From the NCBI GenBank assembly GCA_964555185.1, contig CAZKRD010000001.1:34185-98184 (forward strand): 64,000 nt of DNA. Reading direction: 5' to 3'. Positions 9,736-18,805 of the stretch are shown one piece after another (position 1 is the stretch's first letter; every line of letters begins with the position of its first letter). Below the pieces are notes generated by a model that was given only the letters and a program-made list of their open reading frames with translations, was not told the origin of the DNA and searched no databases. The position numbers and the translations under genes were made by a program. The stretch comes from an uncultured Candidatus Saccharibacteria bacterium (lineage in GTDB: Bacteria; Patescibacteriota; JAQUNI01).

Positions 9736-10524
9736 ATGACCATCTTATTCTTTGGCGATATTATGGGCCGGACCGGCCGCGAGGCAATTAAAGAAATTCT
9801 GCCCCGCTTGAAGGAGGAAATAAGGCCGGATTTAATTATCGCCAATTGCGAAAATCTGGCCCACGGCAAAGGGGTTACCGCTAAAGTTGTTCAGGAAATG
9901 GAGAAAGCCGGGATTGAGGTTTTTACTTCCGGCAATCATATCTGGAAGCAAAAACAGGCCCAGGACCTGCTCCAGGCAAAAGACAGCCCTATTTTGCGGC
10001 CGGCTAATTATCCGCCAGACGTGCCGGGTAGAGGATATCTGATTTTAGAAGTAGGGACCAAGAAGGTCGCGGTGATCAATCTTGTCGGCCGGGTCTTTTT
10101 TCAGGAAGACTTTGACTGCCCTTTTCGCAAAGCTGATGAGATTTTAAAGGAATTAGAAGCGGAAAAATTAGCGGCAGTAATTGTTGATTTTCACGCCGAG
10201 GCCTCGTCAGAGAGCGTGGCTTTGGGCTGGTACTTAGACGGCCGGGTTTCGCTGGTGGCAGGCACCCATACCCACATCCAAAGCGCGGATCAGCGGATTT
10301 TGCCCCGCGGCACTGCTTATATTACAGACATTGGCCTGGTTGGCGCCTATAATTCAGTGATCGGCGTGGATAAGGATTTGGCCCTGCAGGGGTTCTTGAC
10401 CCAAATGCCGGTTCAGTTTAAGGTCGCGGAGGGCGAAGCGATCGTGAACGCGATTGTTTGCAAGATTGACACCAAGACCGGGCAGGCACGGAAGATTGAG
10501 CGGGTGCGGGAGCTTGTCGCTTAA
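9736..10524 (+). CDS. ymdB: YmdB/TIGR00282 family metallophosphoesterase
   Basis: GDIMG, NCEN, GNH, DFHAE, GTHTH motifs; follows rny as in Firmicutes. Confidence 0.93.
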   Translation: MTILFFGDIMGRTGREAIKEILPRLKEEIRPDLIIANCENLAHGKGVTAKVVQEMEKAGIEVFTSGNHIWKQKQAQDLLQAKDSPILRPANYPPDVPGRGYLILEVGTKKVAVINLVGRVFFQEDFDCPFRKADEILKELEAEKLAAVIVDFHAEASSESVALGWYLDGRVSLVAGTHTHIQSADQRILPRGTAYITDIGLVGAYNSVIGVDKDLALQGFLTQMPVQFKVAEGEAIVNAIVCKIDTKTGQARKIERVRELVA

Positions 10525-10680
10525 AAAGTCCTTAAATCCTTGACACGGTATTGGCTTTGTGCATAGTTTATGCTAAGATGAGCGTAAAGCAAGTGATAAC
10601 TGTTTATTTCAAATATTAATAATATTAATAAACCTTAAGTGGGGAGATAAGAAATTATCTTTTCAAGAGGCGTTAAAAAA

Positions 10681-10971
10681 ATGAAGAAACAAGAATTCGT
10701 AGAGAAGCTCGCCAAAAAGACGGATATGTCCAAGAGCCGGGCACAGGAAGTGCTTGAAGCTTTTGAGGAAATCATCACAAAGGCCCTGGTTGAAGGCGGC
10801 GAAGTGGCCTTGACTGGGTTTGGCGCTTTCTCGGTCTCTCATCGTAAAGCCCGCACCGGCGTCAATCCGCAACAACCCTCCCAGAAGATTCAGATTCCAG
10901 CGGTTGATGTCCCTAAATTCAAGGCTGGGAAGAGCTTGAAGGACGCAGTGAAGAAGCAAACCTCTCAATAG
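10681..10971 (+). CDS. hup: HU family DNA-binding protein
   Basis: GFGAF..RKARTGVNPQ...PKFKAGKSLK. Confidence 0.96.
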   Translation: MKKQEFVEKLAKKTDMSKSRAQEVLEAFEEIITKALVEGGEVALTGFGAFSVSHRKARTGVNPQQPSQKIQIPAVDVPKFKAGKSLKDAVKKQTSQ

Positions 10972-10986
10972 AGTTTTTCAGCACAC

Positions 10987-11019
10987 AATAAAACCTCGGA
11001 TTAAAAGCGAGGTTTTATT
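10987..11019. terminator. Intrinsic (bidirectional-type) terminator after hup
   Basis: aataaaacctcg / cgaggttttatt inverted repeat followed by T-rich tract. Confidence 0.75.
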
Positions 11020-11063
11020 GTTTTGTTTTTTTAACCCCTCTCCGGGGGAGAGGATTTTTCAAA

Positions 11064-11092
11064 TTGACCCCGGGCTTGAAATTTGCTATATT
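11064..11092 (+). promoter_or_regulatory. sigma70-type promoter for tRNA-Pro
   Basis: TTGACC-17 bp-TATATT with TG upstream of the -10. Confidence 0.6.
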
Positions 11093-11107
11093 TTACCTGT
11101 GTTTCCG

Positions 11108-11181
11108 CGGGGTATAGTGTAAGGGCAGCACGAGTCCTTTGGGAGGATTTAGTCCCAGTTCGAATCTGGGTACCCCGACCA
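11108..11181 (+). tRNA. tRNA-Pro(TGG)
   Basis: Acceptor CGGGGTA/TACCCCG, anticodon loop TTTGGGA, GTTCGAATC, CCA end. Confidence 0.92.
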
Positions 11182-11251
11182 GATAGATTTTTCAGAGAAA
11201 GAAGGAAACTCGATCCCTGCCGGCGTTGAGGCTTCGGCAGAGACAGGCGCG

Positions 11252-13009
11252 CTACTTTGTTTTCCTAATAGATCTCGTTACTTTGTATAAAAGCAGAGAA
11301 TCTTGACCATACAGCTTCTTGAATCTCGCATCAAACATATCTTTTTTAGCCTTCCATTCATGTATAGACATCGGATCAAGTAAAATATATTTCACGTTGT
11401 ATTTTTTTAAGATATCCAAATTATCTGGATTTGTATAAAAAGCCTTCGCATCTCTTTCTCTTGGAGCATAATCGATACCTTTTGTCCAAAGCCAACCAGG
11501 ATACCCCACTAATACAGGTCTGCCGGCTAACGAAGAAACCAGATTCAAATGCGTACTACTGGTCATTATTTGTGCATCTTTTTCAACATTTTGACGAATA
11601 TATGCAGCCATATCTATTGCGTCTTTATTGAAAGTCGTTGGAATTTTATCGACAGGAACTGCATATCTGGGAATAATATCGATTATTCCCGAGTGAACCG
11701 CTAGAACAAAAAATACCAACAACGAGATTATCCCTAACTTCCTGTGAAATTTTATCAGATACATAAACAGGAATACCAAAACCGGGGCAACAAAGAATTG
11801 GAAATATACAAGCAGTTTGTTGTTGTCATAATCCCATGGTTGGAATTTAAATAATTGAACGAGAGCAAAAAACATTATACCTGATAATATAAAGAACTTG
11901 AGGTTTTTGTGTTTAATTTTTTTTCTGAAACCCCAAAAAGCGGCAAAAATAAATAGTGGGAGAATTATCCCAAAGTTAACCCAGAGAAATCTTGTATACG
12001 AAATTATTGTTTCCCAGAAGCTTGGATCGCTGTCCGGATACTTCACAGATCCGATTGTTGGATCGGTCATCCAACCCCATCTGGGTTGGATAAATGAATT
12101 CTGCCCGGAAATGATATTTTCCTTTCCTATAACAAGATAAAGAACTGCCGGCATAGAAAGTATTGCCGCGAATATTAAAATCAAAACAGCTTTTTTGAAC
12201 ATTTCGCGGTCTTTTTTGTACAAATGGAATATTGCAAACAAAATCAGAGTAAAGCCCATAGCCATAAACGAATGGTAATGCGCCAAGAGAGAGAAACCCA
12301 ATATGACAATAAGGGAATAAAAAAACTTTTTTTTCTTCGTTTCCTGGAAACGTAAAAGAAGATAGAAGAAAAGCGTAAAAACAAAAAAGCCCAACAAGAA
12401 GGATCTTTGATGAACCAAAGCCAAAGTTAACGGTGCTCCCCAGGCAATATTTTGCTGAGGATATTGGGCATCCCATTTCGTAACAGTTGAAATATTATTA
12501 TCAACCAAATAATCAGAAAATTCCGATAGAGACATTGATTGGCCGATCCATTGATCGGTGATCAATGAATAGGCGCCAAAGCCGGAACCCAAGAAAAATA
12601 TCAGCAAAGCAGCCAATGCTGCCCATTTTTTTTTGAGAAACTTTTTGTAAATCAAAAAAGTTAAAATAGTGCTTGCTATAGCAAAAAGCATGGCAGGAAA
12701 ATGAAAGGCAAATCTTAGATTGCCCACGATTTTAAATAAAAATCCGCTTATCCAATTTATGAAAAAGCTGTATTTTATAGACGTTCCGGTAAATATAGGT
12801 TCATTCAGATCAAAGAGACTGGTATATCCGAATTTGGTTACCTGGGTAAGATGAAACGGGATGTCTCCGTAACCCAATATGGCAGTCTTCATATTCCCAA
12901 CTGCATCGTAAAGCAGTGTTTTTGAAAGCAAAAGTCCGTGCAATAAAATAAAGAGGATTAAAATCCCGTAAACTATCAATTTTTCTAAAATTTTAGAAAT
13001 TCCTCTCAT
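11252..13009 (-). CDS. GT-C fold multi-pass membrane glycosyltransferase-like protein
   Basis: Many TM segments, GD.PFH in first loop, C-terminal LAGRPVLVGYPGWLW; AT-richer than neighbours; start uncertain (13009 or 13048). Confidence 0.65.
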   Translation of the reverse strand: MRGISKILEKLIVYGILILFILLHGLLLSKTLLYDAVGNMKTAILGYGDIPFHLTQVTKFGYTSLFDLNEPIFTGTSIKYSFFINWISGFLFKIVGNLRFAFHFPAMLFAIASTILTFLIYKKFLKKKWAALAALLIFFLGSGFGAYSLITDQWIGQSMSLSEFSDYLVDNNISTVTKWDAQYPQQNIAWGAPLTLALVHQRSFLLGFFVFTLFFYLLLRFQETKKKKFFYSLIVILGFSLLAHYHSFMAMGFTLILFAIFHLYKKDREMFKKAVLILIFAAILSMPAVLYLVIGKENIISGQNSFIQPRWGWMTDPTIGSVKYPDSDPSFWETIISYTRFLWVNFGIILPLFIFAAFWGFRKKIKHKNLKFFILSGIMFFALVQLFKFQPWDYDNNKLLVYFQFFVAPVLVFLFMYLIKFHRKLGIISLLVFFVLAVHSGIIDIIPRYAVPVDKIPTTFNKDAIDMAAYIRQNVEKDAQIMTSSTHLNLVSSLAGRPVLVGYPGWLWTKGIDYAPRERDAKAFYTNPDNLDILKKYNVKYILLDPMSIHEWKAKKDMFDARFKKLYGQDSLLLYKVTRSIRKTK

Positions 13010-13157
13010 ATGAGTCGCATCTAAGGGGGAAGAATTCCCCTTGGCCAATAATGGGGTTCATTTTTATTTTTTAAGCCCTCATTCTTCATCAGTAATTTTC
13101 AGGTCTTTAATTTTGTTCGACCGATTTTGCATATATAGAAATAAGTTGTCATTGCCC

Positions 13158-13256
13158 GTAGGGGTAGGTCTTGCTTGCCTTGCCCCGCTTAGCCTGCGAG
13201 GCGGACGGTAGGCAGATGTCTACCCTGCCCGGGCGACCACGCGGGGTCGCCCCTAC
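13158..13256. mobile_element. GTAG-type REP doublet (REPIN-like) with two nested palindrome insertions
   Basis: gtaggggtaggtcttg[...]tgtctaccc ... gggcgaccacgcggggtcgcccctac. Confidence 0.8.
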
Positions 13257-13264
13257 ATTTAGTT

Positions 13265-13915
13265 TTATGAGATTTCTTGATTTCTTTTTAAGAAAACAAA
13301 AAGCGCCATTTCTGTGATCAAGTAAGACCTGCCTATCTTTTCAGATTTGATTTGCCCATTGGCAATTAACCGTCGGACTAGAGCAGTACTCACTTTGAGA
13401 ACACGGGCGGCTTCGGATACAGAATAGACTTTTCGCTTTGCCTGCTTTAAGTAGGTTAAGAACGCTTCTTGGGCTATCCGATGCAGTCTGCCAATTTTAA
13501 AAGCCGCTATCCTGCCCGAAGCAATTAGCTTTATGGCAGTCAAACGGCTTATTTCAAGTTCTTTTTGGAGATTCTTAATATCCAGAAGGGGCTTAACTTT
13601 TTTTTGGTTGGTGAATTTGAGGATTTCCTGTTCTGGGATCCGGTAGAGAGCGCCTACTTTGAGGCTTTTAATTCTTTTTGTTTTTAAGAGTTTCCGGACA
13701 GTGATATGACTGACCTTAAATAAGGAAGCGACCCTTTCAATAGTGTAGAACTTTTGCTTTAAGGAATAGTTAAAGGCTGCCTCTTGAGAGAGGTAGAGAA
13801 AGCGGCCTTTTTGGATAGTTTTAATCCGCCCTTTTTTTATTTGGGCGCGAATCGTCATCTCATTGACCTTGAGAATTTTGGCAGCCTTTTTAATTTTTAA
13901 GAGATGACGAATCAT
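13265..13915 (-). CDS. Protein of four tandem excisionase-like (HTH_17) domains
   Basis: Four ~52 aa repeats of pattern (L/Y)x(I/V)xxAAxxLKVSxxT(V/I)RxLIxxGxIxxxK(I/V)GxxYxI. Confidence 0.85.
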   Translation of the reverse strand: MIRHLLKIKKAAKILKVNEMTIRAQIKKGRIKTIQKGRFLYLSQEAAFNYSLKQKFYTIERVASLFKVSHITVRKLLKTKRIKSLKVGALYRIPEQEILKFTNQKKVKPLLDIKNLQKELEISRLTAIKLIASGRIAAFKIGRLHRIAQEAFLTYLKQAKRKVYSVSEAARVLKVSTALVRRLIANGQIKSEKIGRSYLITEMALFVFLKRNQEIS

Positions 13916-14332
13916 TATTGGGAAGTTGTCGAAAATAAAAAATCTATCGCAATATCAATATATACGACCTAAAATAGGATATCCACAAAGATGGAAGTTT
14001 AACTGACATCCAATTTCATCGTTTATTTTCTGCTTATTTTAGCTAAATATCTCGGTATTGAAATTGTTAAATTGTTGACATAAAACTTAAATATAATATA
14101 CATAGATTATAACATCTTATATGAAAATAGACAAAATAAGATTAAACTCTTTCAGATTTTTTTAAGATCAAAATAAAAACCACCTTTTTCTTAGCGGTTT
14201 TTTGAAGGAGAATAATCACTGCTCCCCTAGTTTGGGGATTATTGCATTTTTGAAATTGACCTTAAGCTTAAAATCTGGTAAATTTTATAGTAGTTTCTCT
14301 TTTTTAAAAAATAAAGATCCCAAGTTGTTCTT

Positions 14333-14403
14333 GCGGGATTAGTATAGTGGTAGTACGTCACCCTTCCAAGGTGAAGGCGCCAGTTCAATTCTGGTATCCC
14401 GCT
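14333..14403 (+). tRNA. tRNA-Gly(TCC)
   Basis: Acceptor GCGGGAT/ATCCCGC, anticodon arm TCACC-CTTCCAA-GGTGA. Confidence 0.92.
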
Positions 14404-14424
14404 CAATCTATTTTGATTAAAACC

Positions 14425-14464
14425 AAAAAACACCTGCTACTTTCATTTTAAAGAGGTGTTTTTT
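14425..14464. terminator. Bidirectional terminator between tRNA-Gly and response regulator
   Basis: aaaaaacacct / aggtgtttttt inverted repeat between convergent genes. Confidence 0.65.
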
Positions 14465-14477
14465 GTTTTTATAAAAA

Positions 14478-15317
14478 CTATTTTTTGGTAGGCTTTTTAG
14501 ACTTTTCTTTTTTTTTGGGCTTTAAAGCTTTTTTGATTTTTCCAATGATTTCCTCGGTGGTGAAATTAGCTTTGACCAAATAATCCTGGGCGCCTAAAGC
14601 TTCTCCTTTTTGAATATCGGTTTCTTGTCCGAGATTGGTTAAGAGGATGACCGGGATCCTGGCGATCTGTTTTGAAGCGCGCATTTGCTTCAAGACCTCA
14701 AACCCGTCGATTCCGGGCAGAATGATATCAAGGAGGATTAAAGCCGGCTTTTCTTTTTCAATTTTCCGTAATCCCTCTTGCCCGTCAATCGCGGTGGTTA
14801 CGTCAAAACCCTCTTTCCGCAATTTAGTAACACAGAGGTCTCTTAAGATTTCATCATCCTCGATTAAGAGAATCTTGGTGCCACCACTGTTTTTGGTAGG
14901 CTTTGTTTCCCCTTTTTTGGTATCTGGGCCGATGTCATTTAAGTGCGCTTCTATTTTGAGAATAATGTCTTCAGGGGTTAGATCAGATTTAACCATATAG
15001 TCTCGCGCTCCCAGGGAATATATTTTTTCTTCATTGGGTTCGGAGCTGGAAATGACAATCACTGGTATTTTGGAGATGGTTGGATCATTTTGGATCTCCT
15101 CTAGGACCTCGTAACCATTTTTTTCCGGAATCACGATATCCAAAAGGACCAGGTCTGGTTTGGTTGCTCTGATTTTGCGCAGGCCCTCTTTGCCGTCATG
15201 GGCACTGATTGTTTTGTAGCCTTCTTTGGTTAATTTTTTCCCCATCAGCACCAGGAGATCTTTTTCATCTTCAATAATCATAATTTTAGTTTTTTTGGAG
15301 GTATTGTTTTGAGCCAT
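14478..15317 (-). CDS. Response regulator with two receiver domains and no output domain
   Basis: REC1 IIEDE..LLDIVIP..YMVK; REC2 LIEDD..LLDIILP..LTN..YLVK. Confidence 0.92.
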   Translation of the reverse strand: MAQNNTSKKTKIMIIEDEKDLLVLMGKKLTKEGYKTISAHDGKEGLRKIRATKPDLVLLDIVIPEKNGYEVLEEIQNDPTISKIPVIVISSSEPNEEKIYSLGARDYMVKSDLTPEDIILKIEAHLNDIGPDTKKGETKPTKNSGGTKILLIEDDEILRDLCVTKLRKEGFDVTTAIDGQEGLRKIEKEKPALILLDIILPGIDGFEVLKQMRASKQIARIPVILLTNLGQETDIQKGEALGAQDYLVKANFTTEEIIGKIKKALKPKKKEKSKKPTKK

Positions 15318-15388
15318 ATGTTTTGATTTAAATTTTTATTATCTTTAAGGTCCCAGGGAAAACCTGATGATTTTTTGGGGTATTTATT

Positions 15389-16801
15389 TTAAGCCAAGGG
15401 AAGGCTGAAGTGGAAGGTTGACCCCTTGTTTTCTTCGCTTTCTGCCCAGATTCGGCCTTTGTGTTTTTCGATGATGTTTTTAGCAATAAAGAGGCCCAAG
15501 CCCGAACCTTCGGTTTGCATCCGGATCGCGTTGTCGGCTCTAAAGAATTTAGTGAAAAGGTGGTGCTGCTGTCTTTTGGGGATGCCCATACCAGTGTCTT
15601 CAATACTTACGATTAGCTGTGATTTTTCCACTCTTAAGGAAATTTTTATTTTTCCTCCCGAAGGAGTGTAGGTTGTCGCATTGTTGATAATGTTCTGAAG
15701 CACGACATGGATTTTAGATGGATCCATCTTGATTTTGGGCAGAGGTTTGGGGGGCTTTTGAAAAGTTAGGGTTGTATTTTTTTCCTCCAGAGAGTAACGG
15801 AATTCGTTGATCGTGCGGGCAACAAGGTCTTCCAGCGAGGCGGAGACAAATTTGTATTGGAACCGGCCTTCTTCAATCCGGGAGATGTTGAGCAGATCGT
15901 TAACCAGGTGAATCATTCTTTCATTGGAGCGGTAGCCTTTGGCTAAGATGCTTTTTTGCTCTCCGGTCATTTTGCCGATATCGCCGTCTAGGAGCATTTT
16001 AATACTCCATTTCACTGCCGACAAAGGCGTCCTTAGTTGGTGGGAGACAATCGAGATCAGTTCAGATTTCATTTTGTCCACTTCTTTTTCCCTGGTGATG
16101 TCGCAGATGATTTTGACCGTGCCTAAAATCTCTTTTTTCTTTTTGATTGGCGCGTTGGTAACCTGCAGAATCATTTTCTGGGGTTTTTGGATTTTGATTT
16201 CTGCTGTGGAGAAGTGCTCTAAATCTTTGCCCGCCTTCAAGATTTCACGCAGATTCTTGTAGGAGGGGTGAGCCAGGCTGCTGATCGTGGCAGTCATGAC
16301 TTTGTTTTCTTTCACGCCCAGTATTTTTTCTGCTTGCTGGTTTAAGAAAATGATTTGATTCTTCTTATCCAGAATAATAATACCGTCAATCAAGCTGTTT
16401 AGGATCCCTTTTGTTTTGTCTTTAGATGCAAAAGTGGAACTGAAAGCGGGTTTTTTTTGGATTTTGAAGACAAGCCAGGAGGTGATCGCGCTCGCTCCTA
16501 AGAAATAGATCAAAAGCATCCATGTTTCTAAGGGATCGGGATAGGCGAGTCCTTTGCGGAAAAGGTGGACGGTGATCAGGCCGTAGCCCAAGATGCTGAT
16601 TGAGGCTGTGAAGATGCAGACCTTGTAATTATAGAGAAGGCTGGTTAGGGCAAGCAAGACAAAGTAGCCCAAGATCGTGGAGGATTGGTGGCCGGTGAAA
16701 TAGACAACGACCGCGATTAAAGAGGCGACAGCCCCGCAGAGGATATAGATCGCAAGCGAGGTTTCGATTTTTTGAGTTTTATTTTTTACCTGCTTAGACA
16801 T
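15389..16801 (-). CDS. Membrane PAS-domain sensor histidine kinase
   Basis: TM region, PAS, H-box SHQLRTPL, NIINNA, DTGMGI, GSGLGL. Confidence 0.95.
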   Translation of the reverse strand: MSKQVKNKTQKIETSLAIYILCGAVASLIAVVVYFTGHQSSTILGYFVLLALTSLLYNYKVCIFTASISILGYGLITVHLFRKGLAYPDPLETWMLLIYFLGASAITSWLVFKIQKKPAFSSTFASKDKTKGILNSLIDGIIILDKKNQIIFLNQQAEKILGVKENKVMTATISSLAHPSYKNLREILKAGKDLEHFSTAEIKIQKPQKMILQVTNAPIKKKKEILGTVKIICDITREKEVDKMKSELISIVSHQLRTPLSAVKWSIKMLLDGDIGKMTGEQKSILAKGYRSNERMIHLVNDLLNISRIEEGRFQYKFVSASLEDLVARTINEFRYSLEEKNTTLTFQKPPKPLPKIKMDPSKIHVVLQNIINNATTYTPSGGKIKISLRVEKSQLIVSIEDTGMGIPKRQQHHLFTKFFRADNAIRMQTEGSGLGLFIAKNIIEKHKGRIWAESEENKGSTFHFSLPLA

Positions 16802-16886
16802 TTATTTTAATCTGCGCTGGAAAGTTAAGAGATTGCATCCAATTGATTGAATTATAGCATATTTTTTGGTTACAACAAATTTGTGG

Positions 16887-17001
16887 TATAATTAGAAGTG
16901 AGGAGAAAGTGAAATTCCTTTTCACTTTATCCGAGCAAGAATTTCAAGCTTGCTTATAATTAGAAGTGAGGAGAAAGTGAAATTCCTTTTCACTTTATCC
17001 G
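16887..17001 (+). repeat. 47 bp direct repeat containing TATAAT and a hairpin
   Basis: tataattagaagtgaggagaaagtgaaattccttttcactttatccg at 16887-16933 and 16955-17001. Confidence 0.9.
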
Positions 17002-17019
17002 GGATTATTGCAATGGCCC

Positions 17020-17144
17020 GTAGGGGCGGACCCATGCTCGCCTCGCTGGCGAAGCGGGTGTCCGCCCGTTGTTGGTAAACCAAGAGTAGGGCGACCACTC
17101 ACCTACGCCAAGGCTCTGGCGGGCGGGCACGGGGTCGCCCCTAC
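17020..17144. mobile_element. GTAG-type REP doublet with two palindrome insertions
   Basis: gtaggggcggacccatg[22 bp]tgtccgccc ... gggcgacca[30 bp]cacggggtcgcccctac. Confidence 0.8.
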
Positions 17145-17193
17145 GAATTGTTACATCCAAGAGCGACCGTTATTATTTAAACCTTAACTCTTT

Positions 17194-18747
17194 ATGATAT
17201 CAAAAGACCCCAAACCCTTAGTGCTTGTGATTCTTGATGGTTGGGGCATAAATAAAAATAAAGAAGGCAATGCCGTGGCCCTGGCCAAAACCCCGGTTTT
17301 TGATGATTTGTGGTCTCGCTATCCCCACTCGGAGCTCAAAGCTAGTGGTTCTGCCGTGGGTCTGCCGAAAAAGCAGAGCGGTAATTCAGAAGCAGGACAT
17401 ATGAATATCGGCGCGGGCCGGGAGATTAAACAGGACGCAGTGGTGGTTAATGAATCTATTGCTGACCGCACTTTTTTTAAAAACCCCGCCTTTATTCAGA
17501 CGATTAGATCGGTTAAAAAAAACAAGAGCCGGCTGCATTTAATGGGGCTTTTAACCGGCACTCAAAGCGCTCACGCGAATCAGAGCCACCTTTACAGTTT
17601 CCTATCCTTGGCCAAAAAGGAAGGTTTAAACGAGGTCTATTTGCATTTATTTACTGATGGCCGAGATTCCACGCCTACTGCCGGTCTTCACTATTTGAAG
17701 GATTTACTCAAAGAGATTAAAAGGTTAGGTTTGGGCAGGATAGCGACGATTACTGGACGTTATTACGCAATGGATCGGATCAAGAAATGGGAACGGACAC
17801 AAGCCGCATATCAAAATCTCACTTTAGGCAATGGTGAGCAAGTACAGGATGTTGTTCAAGCTGTTAAGAATTATTACGCCCGCGGGATTACGGATGAGTT
17901 TATTCCACCGACCGTAATCAGGAAGTCCCCCCTTATCCTGATTGATGATAAAGATGGAGTGATTTTTTTTAACTTGAGAACAGACAGGGCTAAGCAAATT
18001 ACTCAAGCTTTTGTCCAAGAACGATTTAAGGGCTTTAAGAGAAAGAAAGTCTTAAAGGATTTGTGTTTTAGCATTATGACCGAGTTTGGTCCGGAATTGG
18101 GCGAGGTTTTAACTGCTTACCCGGGCCGGGTGCACGGTCATACCCTGCCGGTCGTGATTGGCAAGTGCAGTGCCTACAAACAGCTTTATATCGCGGAATC
18201 CGAGAAATTCCCCCATGTCACCTATTTTTTAAACGGCGGTTTCAGCAAAGTGGTGGATCGCGAGAGGCGGATGGTCATCCCCTCGCTCGCGGTCAAGAGC
18301 TATGCTCAAAAGCCGGAAATGAGAGCCAAGGAGCTGACCAGCAGGATTGTTAAGTTTTTAAAAAACAATTCTTACAATTTTATTGTGGTCAATTATGCCA
18401 ATCCTGACATGGTCGGGCATACCGGCGATTTGAAAGCGGCGATTGTTGCCCTTGAGTTTCTGGACCAGCGCTTAAAAGAATTAATGCGAGCAGTAAATAA
18501 GCGTCGAGGGACAATGGTTGTGACCGCTGATCACGGCAATGTTGAGGAAATGATTGATCCAAAAACTAAGGAAGTCCTAACCGCCCACACAGCCAATCCG
18601 GTTCCCTTTATTTTGGCTTCAACTTCTGAAGGTTCGCTTCGACTCCAAAAAGAGGGTAAACTTGCCAATATCACGCCAACCATTTTGGATTATTTGGATT
18701 TAGAAAAGCCGAAAGCAATGAAAGAGAAGAGTCTAATTATTGCTTAA
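17194..18747 (+). CDS. gpmI: 2,3-bisphosphoglycerate-independent phosphoglycerate mutase
   Basis: LDGWG, GNSEAGH, DGRD, GRYYAMDR, DMVGHTG, ADHGN. Confidence 0.96.
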   Translation: MISKDPKPLVLVILDGWGINKNKEGNAVALAKTPVFDDLWSRYPHSELKASGSAVGLPKKQSGNSEAGHMNIGAGREIKQDAVVVNESIADRTFFKNPAFIQTIRSVKKNKSRLHLMGLLTGTQSAHANQSHLYSFLSLAKKEGLNEVYLHLFTDGRDSTPTAGLHYLKDLLKEIKRLGLGRIATITGRYYAMDRIKKWERTQAAYQNLTLGNGEQVQDVVQAVKNYYARGITDEFIPPTVIRKSPLILIDDKDGVIFFNLRTDRAKQITQAFVQERFKGFKRKKVLKDLCFSIMTEFGPELGEVLTAYPGRVHGHTLPVVIGKCSAYKQLYIAESEKFPHVTYFLNGGFSKVVDRERRMVIPSLAVKSYAQKPEMRAKELTSRIVKFLKNNSYNFIVVNYANPDMVGHTGDLKAAIVALEFLDQRLKELMRAVNKRRGTMVVTADHGNVEEMIDPKTKEVLTAHTANPVPFILASTSEGSLRLQKEGKLANITPTILDYLDLEKPKAMKEKSLIIA

Positions 18748-18805
18748 AGGAAAAAGATAAAAACAAAATTTAAAAATATATAGTTTTGCATTTTGCATTA
18801 ATGTT

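Noticed and set aside
11108-14403. Prophage or ICE between two tRNAs suggested by the Xis-like gene
   Set aside because: No integrase, phage genes or duplicated tRNA 3' end seen
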